NCBI GenBank assembly: GCA_030704615.1 | Contig: CM060733.1 | Span: 5,208,001 to 5,272,000 of the forward strand | Direction: 5' to 3' | Origin: Takakia lepidozioides | Lineage: Eukaryota; Plantae; Bryophyta | DNA: 64,000 bases | In this document: positions 37,951-51,513 of the stretch, one piece after another | Position numbering within the stretch: position 1 is the first letter of the stretch | Layout of the letters: each line of letters opens with the position of its first letter | Made by a program: the position numbers and the translations under genes | The notes under the pieces: model-generated | Told to the model about the DNA's origin: nothing | What the model saw: only the letters and a program-made list of their open reading frames with translations | Database searches by the model: none

Positions 37951-38399
37951 TAATTTCAAAATTACAACAAATATGGTTGTACAACCTTTTTCAGGTGGGC
38001 GCTATTGGTTCGTCATTTATTCATTTCACTTTCATCCCTCTTGGATCATATATAAGGGAGGAGGGTCACCAAGCTCCTCACTTCTTTTGGCGCAAACACT
38101 TGAGGTTGCTTTGAATATTCTCTTCCATTGAACGAGAGTGTAGCCCAAGAGGAGGGTGCGCACATTTTGCCGTTGTGGCTTCCATCAAAGCCACTTCAGC
38201 AGATTGTGTATAAGCTCAACACTACAACCCACATCGACCCACTTGGGTTACTGACAGGTATAGAAGTGTTAGGCTATTGCATTGCACTCTATATTCACAA
38301 CACGTTCATTTATAGATGACTGTTTTTTGTTGCTTACATCGCTAGGTCCCAACGGAGTGGATATTGGGTGAAGATGAGGGAGGAATGAAGCCCTTGGTA

Positions 38400-40791
38400 T
38401 ACGGCAATCCCGAACATTGTCAGTGTCATTGGTAGTGTTGAGTGCAACCTATGTGGATTAAAGCTTTCTTATCGTAATGATCGGTTGCTCGCTCACCTCG
38501 GCTATAAAGGTGTGAAAAGCGCTGGGGTGGGTTTATGCCTCAAAACATCTATGCGGGTAAAAAACCACTTTGCCCAGTGTGGAGGCAATATTCCAATGTC
38601 TTTGGATCTGAACATGACCTCTGAGCAGAACACTCCATCTTCCCGTCAGGATGCCCCGATTAGTACCCAGGGCGACTCTTGTGAGGCTTCGGGTGTCCTT
38701 GGACAAGTGGATTGTGCCGGAGCAACACCTGCTTCAACACCTCTTTGTACCCCTATACTTCAACGGAGTAGAGGATTACGACAGCAATCCATGCAAGAAG
38801 GTCTTAACTTGTCTGCGAAAAGACAGTTGGATAAAAAATGGGCGCAATTTTTCTTCGAGGCCAACATATCATTTAATGTGGCAAGGCTTCCGGCATTTGT
38901 TTCTGCCGTTAGAGCAACCTCGGAGTCCAGATCCACGTACGTGCCTCTGACTTATCACAATCTCCGCACAAGATTGCTAGAAGACGCCATGACCGAGCTT
39001 ACCCAAAAGGTCAACGATAGGATGGGCTAGTGCATCAGAAAATATGGAAGCACTATATGTGCCGATGGTTGGAGTTCTGTCACAAACAGACCGTTGTTCA
39101 ATGTCATGCTCGTATGTCCAGCTGGGGAACAATTCTTGGGACCGGTCGACACTAGCGGCGAGAAGAAAGATGGACGTTATCAATGCCAACTATTGACGGA
39201 CTTCATCGAACAGGTCGGAAGTGATATAATCGTGCAAATATGCACAGACAATGCCGCTAACATGAGAAACACTGCAGACATGTTGTTGGCACGTTATCCC
39301 TATATGTACTATCAAGGTTGTGCTGTTCATATCCTTGACCTTATTTTGGAAGATTGGGGAAAAGAACAGTGGGTGAAACAACTTGTCAAGCGAGCGAAGA
39401 CTGTTGTGTTGTTCATCCGCACACACCACATCCCTTTGACAATATATAAGAGGTACGAACCCAAATACAGCCTCCGCAATCCAGGCGAAACTCATTTTGT
39501 CACTATCTTCTTGATGGTGGATCGGTTGGTGACGGTGAAGAGCAGTCTGGAGCACACCATCATCGATCCTCAATGGAATGCATACACACGGACATTGTGG
39601 GACTCCAGAAAAGCCAAGTCATTGGGCAAAAGTCGAAAAGTTCGAAATAACATTCGCAGCGATGATTTCTGGAAGAAATGTGAAAACTTTGTTTATATGG
39701 TTGAGCCGGTGTTAATCGTCTTGCGGGAGTTTGATGAAAAGCAACCAGTAATGGGCAAGACATGGTTACTAATGCAAAATCTTGAGAAGCACGTCCAATC
39801 CTTGAGACATCATCCATTCTCCTTGGAACCTGAACTTGCGGACAGTGCTGATGATACATTTTACGACCGTCGTTCGATGGTTCGAACGGACTTGCATTAT
39901 GCGGGGGCTTTGCTCAATCCATTCTTGCTCGACAATACCATGCTCCGAGATGACGCTGATACCAAGGCCGGCCTCGTGCGAGTGCTCATGCGACTGGCTT
40001 CGCCGAACCATGCAGAGAGAGCTATATCCGAGTACCAATGCTTCTTAGATCGCCGCGACCCTTTTGAGGACATTCCAGATCCAAAAGAGCTCAATATGTT
40101 GCCACATGAATGGTGGGATCTGATTGGAGCTGGAGCAAGAAAATTGGCTCCCATTGCGAAGCGTATTCTTGCTCAAGTGTGCTCTGCCTCATCTTGCGAA
40201 CGCAATTGGAGCAGTTACTCATTTGTTCACAACAAGATTCACAACAGGTTGAATCCCGCGAGGGCTGACAAATTGGTGTATGTGTATACCAATTGCCGAC
40301 TGCTACGTGAGAGGGCAGCGGCTGATGCTGCAGCATGGTACGAGAGGAATTTGCATTCCGAAGACTCTGCTTCTGAGGCTGATTCGATGAGTGACGATAC
40401 TGAGCCTCAGAGAGAATCATCTCAGAGAGAATCATCTACCTCCGATAGTGAAGATGGATCCGATGATGCTCCCGAAAATGCATATGACCCGTTTACATCA
40501 ACAGATGATGATGCTTATATCCAGCCGACCTTTGATGACTTTCTTGAAGAAGTGCGTATCGCAGATGAAGGTGAAGCTGCAATTGTGTCATCCCCAGAAC
40601 ATGGTCCTCAAAATGAAGTTGGGGTCGACCCTCGCCCCCCACTACACGCTGAAGCCACCGGTAGTGCCCCAATGGAGCTTAGGGGTGATGTACTGCCAGG
40701 ACCGATCGACGTACGCAACCCTGTTCATACAAATGATGGTGTCGAACCCATTGTACAGTCGACGGGACGGGATCATGTCTCACCGATATGA
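38400..40791 (+). pseudogene. hAT-superfamily transposase (BED finger, DUF659-like core, C-terminal dimerisation domain) with one in-frame stop at 39028-39030
   Basis: CNLC..LAHL, FFEANISFNVA, ADGWS, CTDNAANM, CAVHILDL and WW..SASSCERNWSSYSFVHNK..NRL. TATA-like TATATAAG at ~38049. Confidence 0.92.
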
Positions 40792-41619
40792 CCAGCTCCA
40801 CCACAATGCCAAAACCGATCCAGCTCCCCATCAATACAACGGGCATTAAGGAGCAACATGGTTGATCTGTTTTCCACACGCATGCATCATTCTGCTGCAT
40901 TGGACTGGGCGGAAGTTCAAGCCTCGGATGATGACAACCTGCCACTACAATTCCACCTTAACCGACGTGTTGCGCAGCAGACCCGTGGTTCCTCACATGC
41001 CGGACCATCTAAATGCCGGTCCATCTCGGGCAGTCCCCCCTCCGGTACCTCCTTCAAGACCATCTTCGATTGCGTCCCAAGTCCATAAACGACAGATCGA
41101 CCCACAAACAGGCCAGATACCGTGGATGGTAATCAAGACCGGAGCGAGAGTCGACCTCAGAGAGAACTAAATGTGGTTCGAGGTCGCTTGCAGATTCAAA
41201 GGCCTGGACATATGAGGTCGGATAAAGAGGACGATTCCAGCACTGATCATGGCAACAGTGGTGAAGTCGAGGGTGACCCGGATTTTCAACCCACCGGAGC
41301 ATTATGATTAGGATCTTCTTCGTCCCGCCGTCGAAGCAGTAGAAGGAATTGAAGTAAAACAGCTGTAGACATGCATCGGCATTTTTTAGTGGACATGTTT
41401 ATATTTCTGTACTGAAGTAATACCAATGTGATCATTGTCACTATGAGTATTTGTATTGTTGTTGTGTATGTGTTGGAAAATAAAAGATGTTGCCCATGTG
41501 TATATCAGCCAAAATATCGGCCAAAGGCACCGTCACTCGCTCATGTTTGTGTTCGGTGATTTACTTGTGGAATGAAGAACAATTGTGCCATGCTTCCAAC
41601 TGTGCATTCATTTTTATTT

Positions 41620-43340
41620 AAATGGAGCGACCGCCAAGGTGGCGGTCACTTCTACGAGGTCTGCCCTCCGCGTGGAGCGAGGAATGAGGGGGGGGGGGGG
41701 AGGCATATAAGCTCCCAGTTATTAATTTGGAAATGAAGCGACCGCCGTTACTGGTGGTCGTTTTTTTGTTTTTTTGGAGCAAAATGGAGCGACCGCCATT
41801 ACGGGCGGTCGCCGTTATTGTTGTTTTTTGTAATTGCAGCGACCGCCATTAGTGGCGGTCGCTTTTATTGAAATTTGGTTGGAAATGGAGCGACCGCCAA
41901 GGTGGCGGTCACTTCTACAAAGTGTGTCCTGCGTATGGAGCGAGGAGTGAGGCGGGGGGGAGGGGGGCATATAAGCTCCGGGACATTCTCCCTTTACTTC
42001 TCTTGTTTTTATAAATGCAGCGATTGCCATTATTGGCGGTCGTTTTTTTTTTTTTTTTTTTTAGGCGAAATGAAGTGACCGCCATTTGTGGCGATCGTTT
42101 TTTTTTGTTTTTAAATGGAGCGACCGCCATGGTGGCGGTCGCTTCTACGAGGTCGGCCCTGCGCGTGGAGCGAGGAATGAGGCGGGGGGGGGGGGGGGGG
42201 GGGCGCATGTAAGCCCCCAGTCATTCTCCCTTCACTTCCATTACTGGCAGTTTTTGTTTTTACAAAATGCAGTGACCGCCATTTCTGGCGATCGCTGTAA
42301 TGGTTATTTTTTAAGATGCAGCGACCGCCATTACTGGCGGTCGCTTTTATTTTAATTATTTTGGAAATGAAGCGACCGCTATTATTGGCGGTCGCTTTTA
42401 TTTTAATTATTTTGGAATTGAAGCGACCGCCATTATTGGCGGTCGCTTTTATTTTAGTTATTTTGGAAATGAAGCTACTGCCATTACTGGCGGTCGCTTT
42501 TATTTTAATTATTTTGGAAATGAAGCGACCGCCTATGTTGGTGGTCGCTTATTTATTTTAAAGTTTTTGAAAATGAAGCGACCGCCTATGTTGGCGGTCG
42601 CTTATTTATTTTAAAGTTTTTAAAAATGAAGCAACCGCCTATGTTGGCGGTCGCTTATTTATTTTAAATGTTTTGAAAATGAAGTGACCGCCTATGCTGG
42701 CAGTTGCTAATTTTATTTATTTATTTATTAAATGAAGCGACCGTCTATGTTGGCGGTTGCTTATTTATTTTAAAGTTTTTGAAAATGAAGCGACCGCCTA
42801 TGTTGGCGGTCGTTTATTTATTTGAAATATTTTTCAAATGAAGCGACCGCGTGGCGGTCGCTTATTTTTTTTAATTTTTTTTTCAAATGAAACGACCGCC
42901 TATGTTGGCGGTCGCTTATTTTTTTTCAAGTTTTTGAAAATGAAGTGACCGCCTATGTTGGCGGTCGCTTATTTATTTTAAATTTTTGAAAATGAAGCGA
43001 CCGCCTATGTTGGCGGTCGCTTATTTATTTTAAATGTTTTTAAAATGAAGCGACCGCATATGCTGGCGGTCGCTTATTTATTTTAATTTTTTTTTAATGA
43101 AGTGACCCCCTATGTTGGCGGTCGGTTTTTTTTGTTTTTAAAGTTTTTGAAAATGAAGCGACCGCCTATGTTGGCGGTCGCTTATTTTTTTTATTTCCGG
43201 AAAATGGGGCGACCACCTGTTCTGACGGTCGTTTTTTTTTTTTTTTTTTTTTTTTTTCGGAAAGTGGAGCGACCGCTGGCGGTCGCTTATTTTTTTATTT
43301 TTCCAGAAAATCGAGCGACCGCCAATTTGGCGGTCGCTTC
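41620..43340. repeat. Long array (~25 units, ~51 bp) of AAGCGACCGCC-TATGTT-GGCGGTCGCTT palindromes with T-rich spacers
   Basis: Directly visible. Spacer polarity is inverted relative to 36770-37950. Confidence 0.92.
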
Positions 43341-43694
43341 TAGAAGATTCGCCCTGCACGTGGCCCGAGAAATGATGGCGTGGGGGATATAAGCCAAGGA
43401 AGGCTTATTGTCTCATCACTTCCTCTCCACACAACTTGTGTGTGCGTGACATTTCATTATTCTACGACACGTAGTCACGTGGAGAATGAAGCCATTGGTT
43501 GGGTATGGGGTATTTTTTGTCGCGATTTCTGTGAGGTCATTGCAGAATGCTCCTATAGGCCCACCTATTTTATTCTACAAAATTAGCTTTTAGGAACTAT
43601 TTTGACACCTACTCAAAATCTACTTAGCGGGGGAAAGGTTTAGAGTTACGTCTTTTTAGAAAACCTCGTTTAGTGTTGCTCCGATTGTTGTAGA

Positions 43695-44458
43695 ATGACA
43701 GAGGGCCAGGACGATGACCGTCATGGAAGAGATGACCCCAATGAACATGGACCGCCTCCTAAAAAAATCAAAGGGTCAAGGCAAGACTTGAATTGGGAAG
43801 TATTTGGTGACCCTAGCATACTAGCAGAAGAGGGCTGGAAGGATGTTCTGGAAAAGTTCTGGTGGCCGATGGCAAGATGCAAAAAATTCGTGAAATGGTA
43901 CCACATCAATCGATTGTGGCCTTTGAATAGGCATTACATGCAAACCCGAAACAATTACGCAGAGTCCAGGTCTTGCACGAACTTGCATTTCCAGCATATG
44001 GCGAATGAGGTACATTGCACATTGTGGGGTCAACCTCTCTTAAAGGGTCAAATCTCTTGCGTCCAGTGTATTGGCAAACTGCTAGTAGGAGGAACGCAAG
44101 GTTGCTATACGATTTGGAGTACATCCCGGACACATTCGGAATACAACCGGCTGCAACGTTAGAGGAACAACTAGCGGAAAGAGACCAGCGAATCAGGACC
44201 CTGCAGGACCGACTAGACTGGCAAACACTGCGCATAGCCGAGTTGGAAGCTAAATTGCAAGACATGCCTCCAAACAATGAAAGCACTGTTGTCCACAATG
44301 AGGATCGAACAAACGTCGTGGACATGGACACGGAGTTTGCGGTACCCGATCGCAATATTGACCTCATCATTCATGAAGTTACGGACGTCCTTGACCATGT
44401 GGCCGATGAAACCATGGTTGAGGAACAGCGAATTGCGGATGAGAGAAGGAGGAAATGA
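43695..44458 (+). pseudogene. Unknown ORF with NLS-like PPPKKIK and a coiled coil, one apparent frameshift
   Basis: ORFs 43695..44162 and 44015..44458 overlap. LEEQLAERDQRIRTLQDRL..IAELEAKL heptads. G-box and TATA-like motifs at ~43357-43392. Confidence 0.5.
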
Positions 44459-46681
44459 AAAGAACCAGTACTGGACCACAAACCACCCATACCAACCACC
44501 CTTATAAACCACCATACAAACCATCAGCAGAGAAGCAGCAATGAATTGAAATACCTAAACAGCTTTAATCAATTCAAACTAATTGAAACAGCTTTGGAAC
44601 CAATGAATTGAAATGAGATACTCCGCATCAGACAAGACTGCACACTCACGAAGCGTGACATACAAGAAACAAATGGTGCTCTATAACCTCTGGAACGAAA
44701 GCGAGTGAGGAAACATAATCAAACCAACAGCGTTGTGGGCGATGTTGACCAACAAAACCAACAATAAAACAAAAACAAAAGCAAATCAACAAATAGATCA
44801 ACAAGTACAGGAACAAACTGAAACAACACAAAAATAGCAAACCAACATAATAAAACAAGCCAGAGCGAGCCAGAGAGAATCACATCAAACCAGATAGAAA
44901 CTGTAAACAAGAACATTACCTGCTAGATGCCTAAGCAATTTCGGTGCCCTGTTGCTGACCTGAAATGCCTGAGCCTTAAGCTTCCACCGCTCTCCCATCC
45001 GCTCTGCTTCCTTCCCGTCTTCTGTCTGCACTTGAATCCGTTGTCTGCTTGCTTTCCTCCAAGGCACTCTCACGCTGCACTGAACTGCAAGCTCTATTCT
45101 CTCTGCTCTCATGGCACCCTGCACAGCACACTCTCTGCTCTTCACGCCCTCCCCTCTTCAAAACTCTTTCTTTTCTAGCGCTAGTCTCTCTTAGCACTTC
45201 TGCAGCGCTTTTGCATACACAATGGAGTGCCGAAAGGGTGGGCTGAATGAGCACACCCCTTATATGGTATCTGAACCATCCTGTCTTTTCAAAATCGAAC
45301 GGTCACACATGTTCCATCCAACATCCATGCAAATATCATCAAATTCATCCTTTCCATTCTGTCCATCCATTTAACGAATGATTAGATGAAATGAAAAAAC
45401 GGATGAATGAACGAGAAAATATGACGTTAATGATCCCTTGCACAGGATCATCAATTATAACCCCACGGGATATTTCCCACACCCCACACATGACGATAAA
45501 TGAAATGTACAAGTCAGATCCTCCTGCGGCATTTTGCCGCTTGGAATTATTGCTCCTGACAATGTCTACATTCGGCGGATTAAGGCGTGGAATATTTCCT
45601 CTCTCACTCATTTACGCCCGCCGCATTCTCGGCCGAGTGTCATAGCTGCACGATTTCATGAAACGCTTATCAACGGCGTCAGGCCTTGATCCATTTGGAC
45701 AGCATTGAATGCGAAATACGTACTGCTTTATAAGCACGAGTACGAAACCTTTGAACCACCGTTATCGTTTTGGCATCATAATTGTGACATAGGGTTCTAC
45801 CAGTAAATGACACTCATTTCCGAAATCGCTCAAAGAGTGCACTCCTGCACCCTCTAGAACCGTTCGATTGTGGCCATATCGATATCAACGGCGCCGGAAA
45901 TCGATCCGCGAGACAATGTATCGCACTATTCCATTGGAGGGGTTCCAACGGGCAACCTGGTTTCCACCTCTATATAAGGTCTGAGTGCAAACTGTTCAAA
46001 CTTCTATCTCCATACCTCTCACTCGCAGATTGTGTTTCCCACACCTCTCTAGTCATCTCCCACCTCACTGCCCATGGCCATAGTGCACCTCTATGAGCAT
46101 CCTGTACCTCTGTGGCCATCGCAGGTGTACCTCTCTGAATTTCCATGATCTCTCGTGTGAACTTCATTTTCTCCCGTAGGAAATGTTATGACATCCGTGT
46201 ATTTTTGATAGTCTACATGTAAATCTACTTATTTCTCATCTGCGCGTTTAGAAATTACGGTCCAATACTCTCCTTTCGCTGTATTTGTCCATCTATCCAA
46301 TTTCCATATTCCGTCATCCATCAAGTCGTGAACCTCCACTGGACAGTCGCGTCAATGCTCACATTCATCCGTCATTACAATTATTCATCCACTAATATTC
46401 ATCCGTCCGAAATTTTTCATCTGTATCTCATGCAACCTCCACTGTACAATGGAGGTTATATAATTAGACTCAATCTTCACATGACATGTTCCAGACCAAA
46501 CAATAATTCCATTTCTATTCTACTTCTCTGAAACGTTCATACGCAAGGGCATTTCTTTTTTTTGTATTGATTCATCTCTGAATAGAGTTTTAACTCATAC
46601 TGCCTATTACTGTGAGTAAGGTTGTTACGGAGGGGTTTTCAGTTTCTTGAACCTTGCATGTGCAGTGGAGGTTCCGGTGAT

Positions 46682-47330
46682 CATGAGCTTAGAAACTGGT
46701 CAAAGAGTGTTTCTTACTCTTCCCGGATCTTCATCTCCAGTAACAACTGGGGACTGCCTTAATGTCTCCGGGGTTGGGACCTGTCATGGACACCAATTAT
46801 CTTCCTCAACCATTTCAGTGGTTCTCATCTCCTGTGATGAAGCAAACTCATTATGTCCTCTTCCTTATGGACATATGGATGCTAACACCTTGAAGGAGGC
46901 CATGGGGACCCCGGTGGTGTGGAATGTTGGCGAAGTTCATGCAGAGAATAACGAGTATCAAGGAGGGCATGACATGAATCCTGATTTTACGCCGGAGAGA
47001 AGGTATACTGCCGAAAATTCTGACATCGACGAGGATGAATCAATCCACATACCATCGAAGAGTTCTGAAAATCCGAGCGGAGGACTTGGAAGAAACAACT
47101 GGAGAAACTTGCAGTACGTACTGTTGGGTGATGATGGGGGTGCACTATTTGAGGGGAGGATTCAAGCCTGCATTCCGGACGAGGTGATCCTCAATGACAA
47201 ACTGGGAGAGGACGATGTTGGAGTTCTTGTCACCAGAATACTTTCTGGAGGATCTGGATCTTTGATGTCTCTTGTAAAATGACCTTTAATAAAAACACGA
47301 CTTTTGGAAAGTGGGAGACTACTCTCAAAT
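46682..47330 (+). pseudogene. CACTA TnpA-like fragment with two Tnp1/En/Spm (Transposase_23)-like repeats
   Basis: TCHGHQL..PLPY..TLKEAMGTPVVW and EGRIQACIPDEVILNDKLGEDDVGVLV resemble this domain's pattern. Confidence 0.5.
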
Positions 47331-47974
47331 GATCTGGAGAATTTTATTAGATCTTCTACATTGTCCTTGACCTTATGTCATGACCCATGGAGACCTGCTA
47401 GCAGCTGACACCCCAATTCTGAATTGCATCTGTTTCTCTCTGTAGTCCAACCACTACGATGCAGCTAAGCAGGCAGAGATTGAAACACGACCTGCTAAGA
47501 CCAAGCTAAATCTCCCAAGAACCTTGTAAACATCAGGAAGAAATAACAAATCATGGTACTAAGAGCCCACATTTGCAGGATAGACAAAGTTCTTCACATC
47601 GTGCATTAAGAAAAGCCACACCCTGCGATTGCGCTTGTCCCACCATCGTGAGAGCTCCTGCTGTGTACTCAAAATCTGTGAACGTCTCCATTTGCGAATC
47701 ACATGTGAAACCCCTCCTGCGCTTCAAGAAGATAAAAAAAAACGGGCAGTTTGGGCAGTCTCGAAACACTTTGTACGACGACTTCTATTGGCGATTTTTG
47801 GACGGGCAGTCTGGCAGATGGACTAAATTTGACGACGAAACGTGGCGACGATGACATGGCAACGATGACGTGGCACTTTGGCACCCTATTCTTGCTCTAC
47901 ACTAAACTAGCTTCCGACCTTCGGTCGTCGTTAGAATATGAAGATTTCCTTCAAGTTCCTTCTAGGGGGTCCAT

Positions 47975-48514
47975 TTCGTGACGCTTGGGAGTTGCAACCT
48001 CCACAGCCTTAATGCCCAGCCCCCGCCCTAGCCCCAGCGTCGTCGCCGTTGTTGCACCCCCCCACCGCCAGATGCCCTAAGCGACGTCCTTGTGATGACC
48101 TAAGCTGACTGCAACACCATTGCAACCCCCTATGGCGACGCCGTTGTGACCCCCTGGCGTCGCAACATCGGCCGTCCCAGCATGGGGCGCCCTCAGCGAC
48201 GCTTTTGTGAAGTTGAAGGCCGCAAAGCCCCAAAAAAAAAAAAAAAAAAAAACTCTCGTTGTGGTGATGCTGTTGCGACGCCAGACGCCCTCAGTGACGC
48301 ACGGCGTCGCAAGAAAAAAAATCCATCGCAGCGAGGGCCCTCTTTCCCCCTTCATGCCACCTTGCGATGGCTGGGCGTCGCAATGGTGTCACAGCAGGGG
48401 ATTCCGATGCCGAGACATCGCAAAAAAATGCCGCAGGCTCGGCATCAAGGGTCGGCGCCGCGCGGGGTGTGGGGGCGTGGCTGGCGTCGCAAAACCCCCC
48501 CATTTGCTGTAGTG
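47975..48514. mobile_element. CACTA element terminus with GCGACG/CGTCGC subterminal repeats
   Basis: Ends CCCCCCATTTGCTGTAGTG, the reverse complement of CACTACAGCAAATGG. The partner end was not found. Confidence 0.8.
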
Positions 48515-49709
48515 TTAGTATCAGATTCATAACAAAATACAGTTATAGTGTATACTTCCATGAAAACATCCTAGAAATGCTCTCGGTTTGAGTACTGCAA
48601 CATATGGGAGATGATAGGGGCTCATGCGACAAGGCTGTACTTGCATTGATGAGTTAGCAAGGCTAAGTGACACCATGTACTCTTGGTATTATGAGAAGGA
48701 GAAGGAAGGAAGATCTGATGTATACGAATTAGGGTCTGGAGTATTGGGGTGAAGTAAAGGTGAATGACATCACTTCTGTTCAAATCAGTACTTAGTGTAA
48801 GAAGTAGGTAATCAAGGGAAGGAGAGAAGAAGATAAAACAGAATGGGAGAAGAGAGAGTTGCCTGGTAAAAGGGGGAAATGAGGGATATCATAGTGAGGT
48901 AATTTATGATAAAACCCTGAGCTGACTTGATAGAAAACATTTTAGCTCATCTTTTGTGTGGGTATTGGCTTCTCATCATCTTTGTCCATCGAAAATGTAG
49001 GTACAAATGAAGAAAAATTGCGTCCCAATCCTCATACTCTATATCCTTTTGAGGTAGGTTGTATGTGATGCCAATTCAGGAGAGGGTTCTTTTCACGATA
49101 GGTGTAGGCCTATTCACGGTTTGGGTGTTGAGGGAGGCTAGATCGATATTGAGGGATAGTGTGAGGGAGGGTATAAGATTAGCTGACGGGGTAAGAGAGA
49201 AGGCTACTGGAAGTATCCAGGATTTTAGGGACACGAGTTTTAGGGATGGGTTAGGATGTCTTACAAATTGCAATGACACAGTGAGGGAGGTACTGAAGGA
49301 GATTAGAGAGTCAGTCCTTGTTTGTGATAGGATAGGTCTTGAGAGTGTTAGGTGTAGTGTAATGAGAAGATAAACATTAGAGAGTAAGACCCTTTTTCCA
49401 TTCCCCTTATTTTTCAGAGGAGCGATGCTTAGCGTCGTTCTTCCAAGGAGACCGAGAGGTTTTACTGCTCAAGCACTTCCTACAAGATGAAGGTGAGCTC
49501 TTCTGCTCGACCACTTCGCATATAGAGGAGCTGGAAATCCTGGAAATCTCTTTTATTATGTAAGGCTTTGCAATTTCTGTGCAATATCTTCCAATTTTTT
49601 AGGATACAAGTTGTGTTTCCTAGGTTTATGACATGCCTAATAGGTCAACAAGTTGAAGTTCAGACCAAGAATGGCACAGTGTTTTCTGACATCTTCCATG
49701 CTGCCAACA

Positions 49710-50350
49710 TTGACATTCAAATGTGAAATCAAGACGTCTTCTTTGAAGAAAGTTTGTGAGTAAAGCTGCAGCTTGAAATAGATTGTTGAACTTTGGTTTT
49801 GTAGAATCAAATATCTTCATTAGACGTCTCTACTTGCGCTTCAGACCACCAATTCCCCACTCCACTCAGACTCGGTAGCCAACATGTATCTTGTTATAAG
49901 CCTTAACGGCTGACTGATCAGCACCTGGAGCTAATTCACGTCTCCCAATCTTACGCATTGTGAACATCTCCTCACCCATGTAGCTTAGATCTCCCAATAA
50001 GTTCTTGAAGTATTTTTATTTTTTTTGTTAACTCGTCCTCATTCTTGGCCAAACTCGGGGGTACTTGTCGGATAAGATTAATGTCTACCAAATGTTTTCA
50101 CTAAGATCTCAATGTGCCAGTGTAACCTACCTACATGGATCCCACATCACAAAAAAACATGTCATATTCTATGGTCTCCTGAAAATTCCCTTGCATCGAA
50201 TAAGTGTGTCTAATTACTAGATGATATGCATTGTCAGGATCTGGCTTGGTAAGCAAGAACTTAGCTCAACAATTTGGACCTGTCGACCAAATTTTGATTT
50301 TTTTCAAGGTGATGTAGCCAATCATTTCTACATCCATATGATTTGTCTCA
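49710..50350 (-). pseudogene. PIF/Harbinger transposase remnant (DDE_Tnp_4-like)
   Basis: LGDLSY..., AYNKIHVGYRV*VEWGIGGLKRK*RRL and AAALLTNF. Confidence 0.75.
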
Positions 50351-51513
50351 CGATATGAGCATCTTGTTGTAAATTGACGTCGCCACATGCACTACCTAGC
50401 CTGACATTTCAAAAAATAAACCCCTGCTCTAGTGTGGCTGATTCATTCCAAACTTCAACCCTCTATATGTCAGGCTAGTCAGATGATTGCTTTCCCGCAT
50501 ACTTGCCTCTCGTTTGTGGTTTGCAACACTAACAATAACGGAACACCATACAGATTGAGACATGTCTACCACCTTCTACTTCAGAAGCTGCTGTTGTTGT
50601 TGAACTGCATACTTTGAAGGACAATAAGCTCAGTTCTATCCAGCAGAAAACAGTGCGATTTGGGCTACAAACTACAGCAGCTTTCAGGAAGAGCCCAAGC
50701 TGGTGGTGGCACCTGACATGGATGCAGTGAGCACTATTTCTAATCTAGATCGTATACAAAAGTTATTTGTTCAGAAGTCTTAGACTGCAGGGTCTGATGG
50801 GTTGTGCCAAAACTGTCAACTCTACCTTTGGAAAATACTAATGGAAGAAGAGACATCAATCACCTTATTTAACACGTTTATGATCTAGTCTATGATTTAC
50901 CTCTACTATCCTTAAGCCTAAGAGGACAAGTGCATCACAACGATGTAATCCGCCAAAGAGCCATTGCAAGAGCAATGACAATGTGTGCGACTCGTCAATT
51001 TCAAAGGCGATGACTTCGTAACAATCTGAAAACAAAGAGGCACCCATATGTTCCATGATTATTATCTAGCTCCATCTGTTGTCAGGTCAATAAATCCAAC
51101 AGAGAAGAAAAAGAGATTGTAATTGCCCGATGTAGGGGCAGCCTGAAGACAATAACAATTTTCTGATTCATTGTCCAGGATACTCTCACCAGAGAGTGAC
51201 CCTCTTCAGGAACATCCAGAACATTGTTCCCGCACCTCTATTCACTGGCAACTTTGAAAATCTTGAGGCTGAGCCTAAAGCCATGGCCCTGTTGGGGTCT
51301 AATTGCTGAGCAGCTCCCACACAACAGGTTGATGCTTGTGTGAAGGGCTTTCTTATCTGGAAAACCCAAACTTAATTGACTACTGGAGTGAGCCGCTCAC
51401 CAAGCTTCCCGCCCCGAGTTTAAATTTCATTCTGTTGCCGAGGGTTAGTAGGCCCTTGAGATCATCCTTACGGTCCTCGCCCATGTCACAAACTAGAGAC
51501 ACGTTAAGGAAAG

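Noticed and set aside
41620-43340. CRISPR-like repeat-spacer appearance of the palindrome array
   Set aside because: Spacers are homologous low-complexity AT tracts rather than unique sequences, there are no cas genes, and the context is eukaryotic.
44460-46620. Divergent TATA-like sites with CATCC-rich repeats (similar motifs at 17560-17760)
   Set aside because: Probably the interior of a CACTA-like element, but boundaries and the leftward gene could not be defined.
49059-49373. 104-aa ORF
   Set aside because: Purine-biased low-complexity sequence with no motif.
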